41,481 bases of DNA from Clostridia bacterium (GCA_045590935.1 JAZNSA010000139.1:1-41481), one strand, 5' to 3'; positions 26,472 to 36,119 are shown, counted from the first letter of the stretch. Numbers and translations: made by a program. The notes: generated from the sequence alone by a model not told the origin.

Positions 26472-27896
26472 ATGAGAAAGTTTGATACAAAGGTGCAGCA
26501 TCTTAAATATAAGGTACTAAGAGAAGTGGCAAGAGAGGCGTGGAATGATACTCTTCTTGAAAATATTATTGAAATCCCTAAAAAAATAGTTCCCGGAAAA
26601 ACGTCGACTATGCGTTGCTGTATTTATAAGGAACGGGCAATTCTTGCGGAGCGTGTTAAAATTGCAATGGGGGGTAATGTTGAAAATCCCAATGTTATAG
26701 AGGTTATAGATATTGCGTGCGACGAATGCCCCGCTGCAGGATACGAGGTAACGGATTCGTGCAGAGGATGTCTTGCACACAGGTGTGAGGATGTTTGCAA
26801 GAAAGGTGCAATTTCATTTGACCATAATCACGTTGCTCATATTGATAAAACGAAATGCGTGGAGTGTGGGCAGTGCGCAAAGGTGTGTCCATATTCGGCA
26901 ATTATTAATCGTAAACGCCCATGTCAGGTTGCTTGTAAGGTTAAGGCGATATCAATAAGCGATGATAATGCGGCACTTATTAATAATGACAAGTGTACGG
27001 CTTGTGGAGCGTGCGTTTATCAGTGCCCGTTCGGAGCAATATCCGATAAATCATATATACTAAACGTTATAGATTTGATTAAAAAAAGTGATAACGGAGA
27101 AAAACACAAGGTTTATGCCGTTGTTGCGCCTTCGATTTCAAGTCAGTTTTCTTATGCAAAGCTTGGTCAGGTTATAACAGGGTTAAAGAAGCTAGGCTTT
27201 TATACTGTTGTTGAGGCTGCATTAGGAGCGGATATGGTTGCTATGAGTGAGGCGAGAGAGCTTGTAGAGAAAGGATTTTTAACAAGCTCGTGCTGTCCTG
27301 CTTTTGTGTCATACATAAAGTCGACCTTTCCTGATTTAGCAGAGCATATATCTCATAACCTTTCGCCTATGGCAGAGATATCGAAATATATAAAAGGTAC
27401 CGATAAGGATGCAAAGATAGTGTTTATAGGACCTTGTACTGCAAAAAAAGCAGAAGCTCATCTTGAAACGGTTAAGCCTTATGTTGATGCTGTGCTTACC
27501 TTTGAAGAGCTTCAGGCTCTTTTCGATAGCCGTGATATAGATATAACAGAGCTTCAGGAGGATGTTTTAAATAATGCATCGTACTATGGAAGAATATTTG
27601 CGCGAAGCGGAGGCCTTTCCGATGCAGTTAAACAGTCGCTGAAGGAACAGGGACTTGACAGTTTTGACCTAAAAGCCGTATCATGCGACGGAATTGAAGA
27701 ATGTCGCTTGGCGCTTTTAAAGAAAGGTAAAAATGTGCTTGATGCTAATTTTATTGAAGGAATGGCTTGCGTTGGCGGTTGCATAGGCGGTGCAGGATGC
27801 TTAACGCATGGTGAGAAAAATAAGGCAGAGGTAGACAAATACGGCAGAGAAGCTTTGGAAAAAACAATTTACGATGCAGTTTCAATTTTAAAATAA
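26472..27896 (+). CDS. Monomeric ferredoxin-type [FeFe]-hydrogenase (group B-like)
   Basis: Several CxxCxxCxxxCP motifs; TSSCCPAF, GPCTAKKAE, EGMACVGGCIGG. Confidence 0.9.
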   Translation: MRKFDTKVQHLKYKVLREVAREAWNDTLLENIIEIPKKIVPGKTSTMRCCIYKERAILAERVKIAMGGNVENPNVIEVIDIACDECPAAGYEVTDSCRGCLAHRCEDVCKKGAISFDHNHVAHIDKTKCVECGQCAKVCPYSAIINRKRPCQVACKVKAISISDDNAALINNDKCTACGACVYQCPFGAISDKSYILNVIDLIKKSDNGEKHKVYAVVAPSISSQFSYAKLGQVITGLKKLGFYTVVEAALGADMVAMSEARELVEKGFLTSSCCPAFVSYIKSTFPDLAEHISHNLSPMAEISKYIKGTDKDAKIVFIGPCTAKKAEAHLETVKPYVDAVLTFEELQALFDSRDIDITELQEDVLNNASYYGRIFARSGGLSDAVKQSLKEQGLDSFDLKAVSCDGIEECRLALLKKGKNVLDANFIEGMACVGGCIGGAGCLTHGEKNKAEVDKYGREALEKTIYDAVSILK

Positions 27897-28031
27897 AAAT
27901 CAGTGGCTACAGAAAAGTGATTTTAAAATCATACCCCAGCCTGTTTAAGTTTCAGTATAGCAAGGCTTGGGCATCTGTGAGAAGGCTTAGGAGCTTAACG
28001 GCACAAAATTAAATGCTGAGTAAATTATGGC

Positions 28032-28065
28032 AAGAGTCATTCGGAAACGGAGGACTCTTTTTTTT
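28032..28065 (+). terminator. Terminator of the adhE-hydrogenase operon
   Basis: aagagtc..ttcggaaacgga..gactctt followed by a T tract. Confidence 0.7.
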
Positions 28066-28106
28066 CAGGAGATTTATATTTTTTTAATATAGCCAAAGAG
28101 GATATT

Positions 28107-28136
28107 GTATAAATAGGTTATACTAAGGAAAAAATA
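28107..28136 (+). promoter_or_regulatory. SigF-like forespore promoter upstream of trxB
   Basis: GTATA-15 nt-GGAAAAAATA fits the B. subtilis SigF consensus GYATA-N15-GGnnAnAHTR. Confidence 0.45.
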
Positions 28137-28180
28137 AGTTTAAAGGGCAACAATTTTAATCATTACTGAGGAGAAAATTT

Positions 28181-29107
28181 ATGAAACGCATTTATGATAT
28201 GCTTGTTATCGGCGGAGGACCTGCGGGATATACAACTGCACTTTATGCAGCTCGTGCAGGACTTGATACTTTAGTTTTGGAAAAAATGTTAATTGGCGGA
28301 CAGATGACACAAACTCAACAGATTGATAATTATCCCGGGTTTGATGAAGGTATTAAAGGCTTTGTTCTCGGTGAAAAAATGAAAAGAGGCGCTGAGCGGT
28401 TTGGCGCTGAAACCAAGCTTGAAAAAGTGGTTCACACAGACCTTATAGGAGATATTAAAAAAATCGAAACTGTCAAGGGTGAATTTTTGGCAAGAACTGT
28501 TGTTGTTGCAACAGGTGCCCACCATAAGCATTTGGGCATAGAAAAGGAAGATGAATATGCGGGCAGCGGAGTTGCGTATTGTGCTATGTGCGATGGAATG
28601 CTTTACAAGGGCAAAACGGTTGCGATTGTAGGAGGGGGGAATTCTGCGGCGGCGGATGCCACCCTTCTTTCCCGCATTTGTGAAAAGGTAGTTTTAATCC
28701 ATAGACGAGATAGCCTTCGTGCCACAAAGATTTATCACGACCAGCTTATGAATTTAAGAAACATTGAGTTTAAGTGGAATAGCAAAGTTAGTGAGCTATT
28801 GGGCGAGGATAAAATTTCAGGTATCAAGATTAAAAATGTAAATACGGGTAACGAAGAAGAATTAAGGCTTGATTGTATATTTATAAGTATTGGTCGCAGT
28901 CCTGAAACGTCGCTTTTTACAGGTCAGCTTGAGCTTGATAATAGAGGGTACATCATTGCAGATGAATCTACAAAGACAAATATTTCGGGTGTGTTTGCTG
29001 TTGGTGATGTGAGAACGAAAGCACTTCGTCAGGTAATTACTGCGGAGTCAGATGGTGCCGTTGCGGCTTACTATGCCGAAGAATATATCGCTAAAACAAA
29101 AAAATAG
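28181..29107 (+). CDS. trxB: Thioredoxin-disulfide reductase
   Basis: IGGGPAG, NYPGF, YCAMCDG redox motif, VGGGNSA, HRRD, FAVGDV. Confidence 0.94.
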   Translation: MKRIYDMLVIGGGPAGYTTALYAARAGLDTLVLEKMLIGGQMTQTQQIDNYPGFDEGIKGFVLGEKMKRGAERFGAETKLEKVVHTDLIGDIKKIETVKGEFLARTVVVATGAHHKHLGIEKEDEYAGSGVAYCAMCDGMLYKGKTVAIVGGGNSAAADATLLSRICEKVVLIHRRDSLRATKIYHDQLMNLRNIEFKWNSKVSELLGEDKISGIKIKNVNTGNEEELRLDCIFISIGRSPETSLFTGQLELDNRGYIIADESTKTNISGVFAVGDVRTKALRQVITAESDGAVAAYYAEEYIAKTKK

Positions 29108-29329
29108 TAATTTTTAAAAGATGGGGACTGATTTTGGCATACTTGATTGCTGTAATCTAAAATTCTTCTTGTATTCAAAGAGCGTTATTGCGTATTTCCT
29201 TTTAAAGCAATATGGAAAGTGAGATGTAGCGAAAAAATCTGTTTTATCAAAACGGGAAAACTTTTGTATATATATTATTGCTTTTGCCTGTAATATGGTA
29301 TCATAAGCTCGTAGAATGGAGGGGCGGTA

Positions 29330-29428
29330 ATGCCTTTACATATAGTTAGACAAGATATAACGAAAATGGAAGCTGATGCGATTGCGAATGCAGCGGACCC
29401 GTCGTTACTTGGCGGTGAGCGGAGATAA
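29330..29428 (+). pseudogene. 5' remnant of a macro-domain (ADP-ribose-processing) gene
   Basis: Promoter TTGCTT..TGGTATCAT and GGAGGGG RBS; MPLHIVRQDITKMEADAIANAADPSLLGG then an abrupt stop. Confidence 0.75.
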
Positions 29429-29444
29429 AACCACATTATAAAGA

Positions 29445-29831
29445 TTATTTCTTTGCCGTATTAACGCCTATAATTCCGCCGATTGCGCCTATAATTATTC
29501 CAAATAAAATTACGGAAACAGATGCAGGGGCAAAATCAGCTCTTATTCCTAAAAAGCAAGACGTTATATATAAAATGGAAAAATAAAGAGCAGCAAGAAT
29601 TGTACCAAATATTAAACCACGGCGTTTTTTCATTTTTGCACAAACTATTGAGCCAATGAAAATTGAGAGAAGAGAAATGGCAAGAACGATTATTCCCGAA
29701 GCGGACTCAGGAATAGGGCCGATAAAAATAATCCACGAAAAGACAAGGATTAATAAAATGCTCAATATGAATGAAATTGCAAGACCAATACTGATGCTTT
29801 TGATAGCTGAGTAAGTTTTTGTATCCTTCAA
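29445..29831 (-). CDS. TIGR04086-like four-TM membrane protein
   Basis: Four hydrophobic helices, KKRRGLIFG, GAIGGIIGVN; downstream of yajC. Confidence 0.75.
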   Translation of the reverse strand: MKDTKTYSAIKSISIGLAISFILSILLILVFSWIIFIGPIPESASGIIVLAISLLSIFIGSIVCAKMKKRRGLIFGTILAALYFSILYITSCFLGIRADFAPASVSVILFGIIIGAIGGIIGVNTAKK

Positions 29832-29889
29832 AATAAACTCCCCCTTGAATTATAATGTTATTACACTATATTCAAAGGGGAGTTTATTT
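29831..29889 (-). promoter_or_regulatory. 20-bp stem that sequesters the RBS of the TIGR04086-like gene
   Basis: Arms 29831-29850 and 29870-29889 with one mismatch (G.U on the minus-strand RNA); the 3' arm holds the GGGGGAG SD. Confidence 0.6.
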
Positions 29890-29898
29890 ATTCTAAAA

Positions 29899-30234
29899 TT
29901 ATTCTTCTGTTTCAGCTTCTTCTTCGTCAGTATCTTCACCTGCTTCTTTTTGAGAAGAGCTCTTTTTGATAACTGTATCAACAGAGCCGATTGCAAAACG
30001 AAGCATACTGCGCTCGGATGGGTTTCCTACGATGCCTGAATAAATCAAAATTTCATCGTCCTTAACCTTTGCAACCTTGCCTATAATTCCGCCGATTGTT
30101 CTTATTGTGTCGCCTACCTGAATAGAAGCAAGCATCTGCCTCTTCTGCTTTTCACGCTTTCTCTGCGGAATAATCATAACCGCAAACATAACAATCATAA
30201 ACAAAATAAGTGGAAAAATTGAACCATTACCCAT
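29899..30234 (-). CDS. yajC: Preprotein translocase subunit YajC
   Basis: TM helix, then IIPQRKREK..GDTIRTIGGIIG; ATG 30234 after AAGGAGG. Confidence 0.9.
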   Translation of the reverse strand: MGNGSIFPLILFMIVMFAVMIIPQRKREKQKRQMLASIQVGDTIRTIGGIIGKVAKVKDDEILIYSGIVGNPSERSMLRFAIGSVDTVIKKSSSQKEAGEDTDEEEAETEE

Positions 30235-30391
30235 AATACAAACCTCCTTAAAATTTATGTCATCATTTATTATACATTGTTTCAATGAAATATGCAAGTG
30301 TTTTTTGTCGAAAGGTTAAAAAATTAACTAATTGTTAAAATATGTAAAAAGTATCTATAAAAAATGTACTATTGATTTTTTTGAAAAAATT

Positions 30392-30640
30392 TGGTATAAT
30401 GAGTTTGCAGAGCAAACTCAATGAATTGCCTTCGGCGTGAATTGAAATCTACGATTTCATGAATTGAGCCTTATGGCTCATGAATTGCACTAAAGTGCAT
30501 TATAAAGGCATTTCAATTCATGGAGCGAAGCGAGAATTTATGGCTTTGCCAATTCACGACAACGCAGTTGTCAATTCATTAAAATATATCTATATGAATG
30601 AATTTGAGCGGAATCCAAACCATTCAGTTTTTATATAATG
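30392..30640 (+). repeat. Modular TGAATT/AATTCA-hairpin element, copy 2 (4+4 units)
   Basis: RTGAATT at 30421/30437/30459/30480 and AATTYAY at 30515/30535/30551/30573, separated by distinct mini-hairpins; same head and tail as copy 1. Confidence 0.85.
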
Positions 30641-30763
30641 GGTGGTGTTTTGTATATGAAAAAGAGAAAAATTGCTTGACAATTTTGGAGCAATAGTATA
30701 ATCTATATAATTAGGGAATTATGTTATAATTAATATATGTTGTTTGGGAAGGGAGTAATTTGT

Positions 30764-32740
30764 TTGGCAAAAAAAGCATACGGAAACGACAGTATTTCTT
30801 CGCTTAAAGGAGCAGACAGAGTAAGGACAAGGCCTGCTGTTATATTTGGCTCTGACGGATTGGAAGGATGCTTTCATTCGTTTTTTGAAATTTTGTCTAA
30901 CTCGATAGACGAGGCAAGAGAAGGCTTTGGAAATGCAATTGAAATAACGAGATTTAAAGATAATTCAATAGAAGTTGTTGACCACGGACGAGGAACGCCT
31001 GTTGAGTTTAATGAAAGAGAAAACAGGTATAATTGGGAGCTTATATTCTGCGAAATGTATGCGGGTGGAAAATATAAGAATTCTGACGGCGGAGATTATG
31101 AATACAGCTTGGGATTAAACGGCCTTGGTGCGTGTGCAACGCAGTATTCGTCGGAATATATGGATGTTACCGTTATGCGAGATGGGCATAAATATTCGCT
31201 TCATTTTGAAAAGGGAGAAAATATTGGCGGACTTTTTAAAGAGCCTACAAGATTTAAGCAAACGGGAACAAAGATTAAATGGAAGCCTGATTTGGATGTT
31301 TTTACGGATATTGAAATACCGTCGGAAATGTTTATTGAAACAATAAAAAAGCAGGCAATTGTTAATCCGAACGTTGAGTTCACATTTTATAATGAAACCG
31401 CAGAAGGAATGGAAATGATGCAATTTTCATATCCTAACGGAATTGTTGATTATGTTGGCGAAAGAGCAGAGGGAAAGAACGTAACGGATATAAAATATAT
31501 TGAGGCAGAGCGCAGAGGACGAGACAGAGAGGACAAGTCCGAATATAAATTAAAAATGCAGATTGCATTTTGCTTTTCTAATGAAACGCCTATGCTTGAG
31601 TATTACCATAATTCAAGCTTTTTGGAGCATGGCGGCTCGCCCGATAAGGCGGTCAGAAGTGCGTTTGTTTCGGCAATCGACCAATACTTGAAGCAAACGG
31701 GAAAATATCAGAAAAACGAAAGCAAAGTAAGCTTTGTTGACGTAAGCGACTCGCTTATGTTTGTTTCAAGCTCGTTTTCAACGCAGACAAGCTATGAAAA
31801 TCAAACGAAAAAAGCAATAACAAACAAGTTTATTCAAGAGGCGATGACTGCGTTTTTAAAAGAACAGCTTGATATATACTTTATTGAAAACAAGGCAGAG
31901 GCTGAAAAAATTGCCGAGCAGATGCTTATAAATAAGAGAAGCCGTGAGTCAGCAGAAAGAGCAAGAGTTAATATAAAGAAAAAGCTTACAGGCACTATGG
32001 ACGTAACAAACAGGGTGCAAAAGTTTGTTGACTGCAGAAGTAAGGATGTTGACAAAAGAGAGGTTTATATAGTTGAGGGGGATTCGGCGCTTGGTGCGTG
32101 TAAGCAAGGGCGAGATAGCGAATTTCAGGCGATTATTCCTGTAAGAGGAAAGATTTTAAACTGCCTGAAGGCGGATTACGACAAGATATTTAAAAGCGAT
32201 ATAATAGTTGATTTAATAAGAGTTTTGGGATGCGGAGTTGAAATTAAAACAAAGCACAACAAGGAATTTAATTCGTTTGAGCCTGAGAATTTGAGATGGA
32301 GCAAAATTATTATATGTACGGATGCTGACGTTGACGGCTATCAGATTAGAACGCTTATTCTTACTATGATTTATCGTCTTGTTCCGAGCCTTATCGAAAT
32401 GGGAAAGGTTTATATTGCGGAGTCGCCGCTTTTTGAAATTACTCATAAAAAGGAAACTTATTTTGCATATACGGAAGCTGAAAAGGTGCAGATACTTGAA
32501 AAAATTAAGGATGATAACTATAAAATTCAGCGTTCTAAAGGTCTTGGTGAAAATGAGCCTGATATGATGTGGCTTACAACTATGAATCCCGAAACACGCA
32601 GACTTATAAGAGTTGAGGCGGAGGACGCAGAGCGTACATCGGAAATGTTTGAGCTTTTGCTTGGCGATAACCTTTTAGGAAGAAAAGATTATATCGCAAA
32701 CGAGGGAAATCGTTATGCGGAAATGCTTGATTTAAGCTAA
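30764..32740 (+). CDS. Type IIA topoisomerase subunit B (ParE/GyrB family, topo IV-like)
   Basis: EILSNSIDE, DHGRG, VEGDSA, PVRGKILN, DADVDG, RSKGLGE; TTG 30764 after GGGAG. Confidence 0.9.
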   Translation: MAKKAYGNDSISSLKGADRVRTRPAVIFGSDGLEGCFHSFFEILSNSIDEAREGFGNAIEITRFKDNSIEVVDHGRGTPVEFNERENRYNWELIFCEMYAGGKYKNSDGGDYEYSLGLNGLGACATQYSSEYMDVTVMRDGHKYSLHFEKGENIGGLFKEPTRFKQTGTKIKWKPDLDVFTDIEIPSEMFIETIKKQAIVNPNVEFTFYNETAEGMEMMQFSYPNGIVDYVGERAEGKNVTDIKYIEAERRGRDREDKSEYKLKMQIAFCFSNETPMLEYYHNSSFLEHGGSPDKAVRSAFVSAIDQYLKQTGKYQKNESKVSFVDVSDSLMFVSSSFSTQTSYENQTKKAITNKFIQEAMTAFLKEQLDIYFIENKAEAEKIAEQMLINKRSRESAERARVNIKKKLTGTMDVTNRVQKFVDCRSKDVDKREVYIVEGDSALGACKQGRDSEFQAIIPVRGKILNCLKADYDKIFKSDIIVDLIRVLGCGVEIKTKHNKEFNSFEPENLRWSKIIICTDADVDGYQIRTLILTMIYRLVPSLIEMGKVYIAESPLFEITHKKETYFAYTEAEKVQILEKIKDDNYKIQRSKGLGENEPDMMWLTTMNPETRRLIRVEAEDAERTSEMFELLLGDNLLGRKDYIANEGNRYAEMLDLS

Positions 32741-32768
32741 GATTTTGGAAAGGAGAGGATATTGAAAT

Positions 32769-34958
32769 ATGGAAGAAAAACAGCTTTTTTATAATCAACC
32801 TATAACCGAAACGCTTACGGAAAATTATATGCCGTATGCAATGAGTGTTATTATATCCCGTGCCATTCCTGAAATTGACGGCTTTAAGCCTTCGCACAGA
32901 AAGCTTCTGTATACAATGTATAAAATGGGTCTTTTGACGGGGGCGAGAACAAAATCGTCGAATGTTGTTGGTCAAACAATGAAGCTTAATCCTCACGGAG
33001 ATATGGCGATATATGAAACAATGGTAAGACTGACAAGAGGTAATCAGGCGCTTTTGCATCCGCTTGTTGATTCAAAGGGTAACTTTGGTAAGCAGTATTC
33101 GAGGGATATGGCGTTTGCGGCTTCTCGTTATACGGAAGTAAAGCTTGATGCAATTTGTGCGGATATTTTTGGAGATATTGATAAAGATACGGTTGATTTT
33201 GTTGACAATTTTGATGCAACAATGAAAGAGCCTGTGCTTTTGCCGACGGCTTTTCCAAATATTTTAGTAAATCCTAATCAGGGAATTGCGGTTGGTATGG
33301 CATCTAATATTGCAAGCTTTAATTTGAAAGAGATATGCGAGGCGACAATTGCATACATTAAGGATGAACATTGCGATTTGTCGGAATATATTAAAGGCCC
33401 CGATTTTTCAACGGGGGCAACGCTTATATATTCGGCGGAGGAAATGGAAAAAATTCTTCGTACGGGAAGAGGAAGCTTCAGGCTCAGGGCAAAATACAAT
33501 TACGACAAGAAAAACAATTGCATTGAGGTAACTGAAATTCCGTATACAACAACATCAGAGGCAATTGTTGACAAAATAGTAGAGCTTATAAAGGCAGGAA
33601 AGCTTCGTGAGGTTTCGGATGTACGAGATGAAACGGATAAATCGGGACTTAAAATTGCGATTGATTTGAAGCGTGGCGTTGATGCGGATTTATTGATGAC
33701 AAGGCTATATAAGATAACGAGCCTTCAGGATTCGTTTGGATGCAATTTTAATGTTTTAATTGGCGGAAAGCCTCAAGTTCTTGGCGTTTACGGCATATTG
33801 GACGAGTGGGTAAAATTCAGAGTTGGATGCATAAAGAGAATGCTTGCGTTTGATATTGATAAAAAATCCGCAAAGCTTCACTTGCTTGAAGGTCTTAAAA
33901 AGATTTTATTGGATATCGACAAGGCAATTATGATTATAAGGCATACGGAGCTTGAAAGCATGGTTGTTCCAAACCTTATGAAGGGCTTTGATATTGATAA
34001 GGTTCAGGCGGAGTATATTGCGGAAATCAAGCTAAGAAATCTGAATAAGGAATATATTTTAAAGAGAACAGACGAAATTGAAAGTCTCAGGGATGAGATA
34101 GATGATTTGAAAAAAACCTTAGATAGCGACAGACGTGTTAAAACGCTTATCTGCAAACAGCTTGAGAGCCTTAATAAAAAATATGGCGAGGAAAGAAAAA
34201 CGGATTTGATTTTGGAAGATGAGGTTGTTGTATATAACGAGGAAAACTTTATTGAAGATTATGCGCTGACAGTTTTTTTCACAAGAGAGAATTATTTCAA
34301 AAAAGTTCCTGCCGTATCGCTCAGAAGCTCAAACGGGGAGCATAAGCTAAAGGACGGCGACGTTATTTTACAGACTGTTGAGAGTTCAAATAAAAGCGAT
34401 ATGCTCTTCTTCTCAAACAAATGCAATGTATATAAAATGCGCCTTTGCGATATTAATGATTCAAAGGTGAGCCTTATTGGAGATTATCTGCCTAATTTGC
34501 TTGCTATGGAGGAAGGGGAAGAAATTGTTTTTGTTCACCCGACAAGTGATTATTTGGGTAATCTGATGTTTGTTTATGAAAACGGAAAAATGAGCAAGGT
34601 ACCCGTTTCGGCTTATGAAACAAAGACAAATCGTAAGAAGCTGACAAGCGCATATTGCGATAAGTCTAAACTTGTTTGTATATTGGCTTTGGGCGGCGAG
34701 GATAAAGATTTTGTTGTTTATTCAAATCTTGGAAAAGCGCTTTTCTTTAACAGCGCTAAAATTCCTTTAAAAACAACAAAGAGTACGCAAGGCGTTCAGG
34801 TTATGATTTCAAAAAAGGGAAGCCTTGTAAGCAGAGTTTTGCCTGCCGAAACTTGCGGAATAACAGATTTGGATTATTATAAAACAAAGAATATTCCTGC
34901 AATGGGATGCTTTTTGAAGGATGAGGATTTGCCCGATAAACAGCTATCTCTGTTTTAA
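32769..34958 (+). CDS. Type IIA topoisomerase subunit A (ParC/GyrA family, topo IV-like)
   Basis: RAIPEIDGFKP, NPHGD, AASRYTE active-site Tyr, GIAVGMA; no QxRGGxG GyrA box seen. Confidence 0.9.
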   Translation: MEEKQLFYNQPITETLTENYMPYAMSVIISRAIPEIDGFKPSHRKLLYTMYKMGLLTGARTKSSNVVGQTMKLNPHGDMAIYETMVRLTRGNQALLHPLVDSKGNFGKQYSRDMAFAASRYTEVKLDAICADIFGDIDKDTVDFVDNFDATMKEPVLLPTAFPNILVNPNQGIAVGMASNIASFNLKEICEATIAYIKDEHCDLSEYIKGPDFSTGATLIYSAEEMEKILRTGRGSFRLRAKYNYDKKNNCIEVTEIPYTTTSEAIVDKIVELIKAGKLREVSDVRDETDKSGLKIAIDLKRGVDADLLMTRLYKITSLQDSFGCNFNVLIGGKPQVLGVYGILDEWVKFRVGCIKRMLAFDIDKKSAKLHLLEGLKKILLDIDKAIMIIRHTELESMVVPNLMKGFDIDKVQAEYIAEIKLRNLNKEYILKRTDEIESLRDEIDDLKKTLDSDRRVKTLICKQLESLNKKYGEERKTDLILEDEVVVYNEENFIEDYALTVFFTRENYFKKVPAVSLRSSNGEHKLKDGDVILQTVESSNKSDMLFFSNKCNVYKMRLCDINDSKVSLIGDYLPNLLAMEEGEEIVFVHPTSDYLGNLMFVYENGKMSKVPVSAYETKTNRKKLTSAYCDKSKLVCILALGGEDKDFVVYSNLGKALFFNSAKIPLKTTKSTQGVQVMISKKGSLVSRVLPAETCGITDLDYYKTKNIPAMGCFLKDEDLPDKQLSLF

Positions 34959-34996
34959 AATAAAATACAAAAAATAAATTTTAAGGATGTGAAGTT

Positions 34997-36119
34997 ATGC
35001 TAGAGTATGAAGAGTACAGATTAAAGCTTGCGGCTTTAGAAGATAAAATAACAGAACTGAGGGATTCACTTTGACATCGCAGGAGCGATAAAAAAGGCAG
35101 AAGAGCTCGAAGCGCAAACTATAGAGCCTGATTTTTATTCCGATATGGAAAATTCTCAGAAGGTTATGCAGAAAATTAAGCAGTATAAGGGAAAAATTGA
35201 GAAATACGACGGATTGGTTTCTGCGTGGGAAGATGCAAAGGTTTTGGTTGCGCTTGCAATAGAAGAGGATGACGATGGTCTGCTTTCTGAGGTTGTGGAC
35301 GGATATAATTCCGTTTCGGAAATTTTGGAAAAGATGACTTTGGAAACATTGCTTTCAGGCAAATATGATAAGTGCAACGCTATTTTGACATTTCATGCGG
35401 GAGCAGGCGGAACAGAGGCTCAGGATTGGACTCAGATGCTTGTTCGTATGTATCAGATGTGGGCGGCAAAGCGTGGGTACGCTTGTGAAATGCTTGATTT
35501 TCTTGACGGTGATGAGGCGGGGTTAAAGAGCGCAACAATTCAGATAAGCGGAGAGAACGCTTATGGATATTGCAAGAGTGAAAAAGGTGTTCATCGTCTT
35601 GTAAGAATTTCGCCGTTCGATGCTTCGGGAAGAAGACATACATCTTTTGCATCGGTTGAGGTTATGCCTGAAATAGATGACGAAATTGATATCAAAATAA
35701 ATCCTGACGATTTGAAGGTTGATACGTATCGTTCGAGCGGAGCGGGCGGGCAGCACGTTAATAAAACGGAGTCTGCAATAAGAATAACGCATATTCCGAC
35801 GGGCGTTGTTGTTGCTTGTCAGAATGAGCGTTCTCAGCATAAAAATCGTGATACCGCAATGAAGATGTTAAAAGCTAAGCTTGCAGAAATTGCAGAGCAG
35901 CAGCAAAAGGACAAGATTGATGATATTAAAGGCGTTCAAAAGGAGATTGGTTGGGGAAGTCAGATAAGGTCGTATGTTTTCCACCCATATAATATGGTAA
36001 AAGACCATAGAACAAATTATGAGGTAGGAAATATTGGAGCTGTTATGGACGGCGACCTTGATGGGTTTATCAATGCGTATCTTCAGGGAGCGAGCCTTGG
36101 TCAGCTTAATTTGAAATAG
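34997..36119 (+). CDS. prfB: Peptide chain release factor 2 with programmed +1 frameshift
   Basis: ATG 34997 opens 25 codons ending AGGGATTCA CTT TGA C (35060-35075); the +1 frame continues into the ORF containing SPF and GGQ. Confidence 0.96.

Noticed and set aside
27900-28030. Possible riboswitch, sRNA or small ORF after the hydrogenase gene
   Set aside because: No recognisable aptamer, RBS or protein motif; treated as 3' UTR before the terminator
29121-29222. 33-codon ORF after trxB
   Set aside because: No RBS and no recognisable motif
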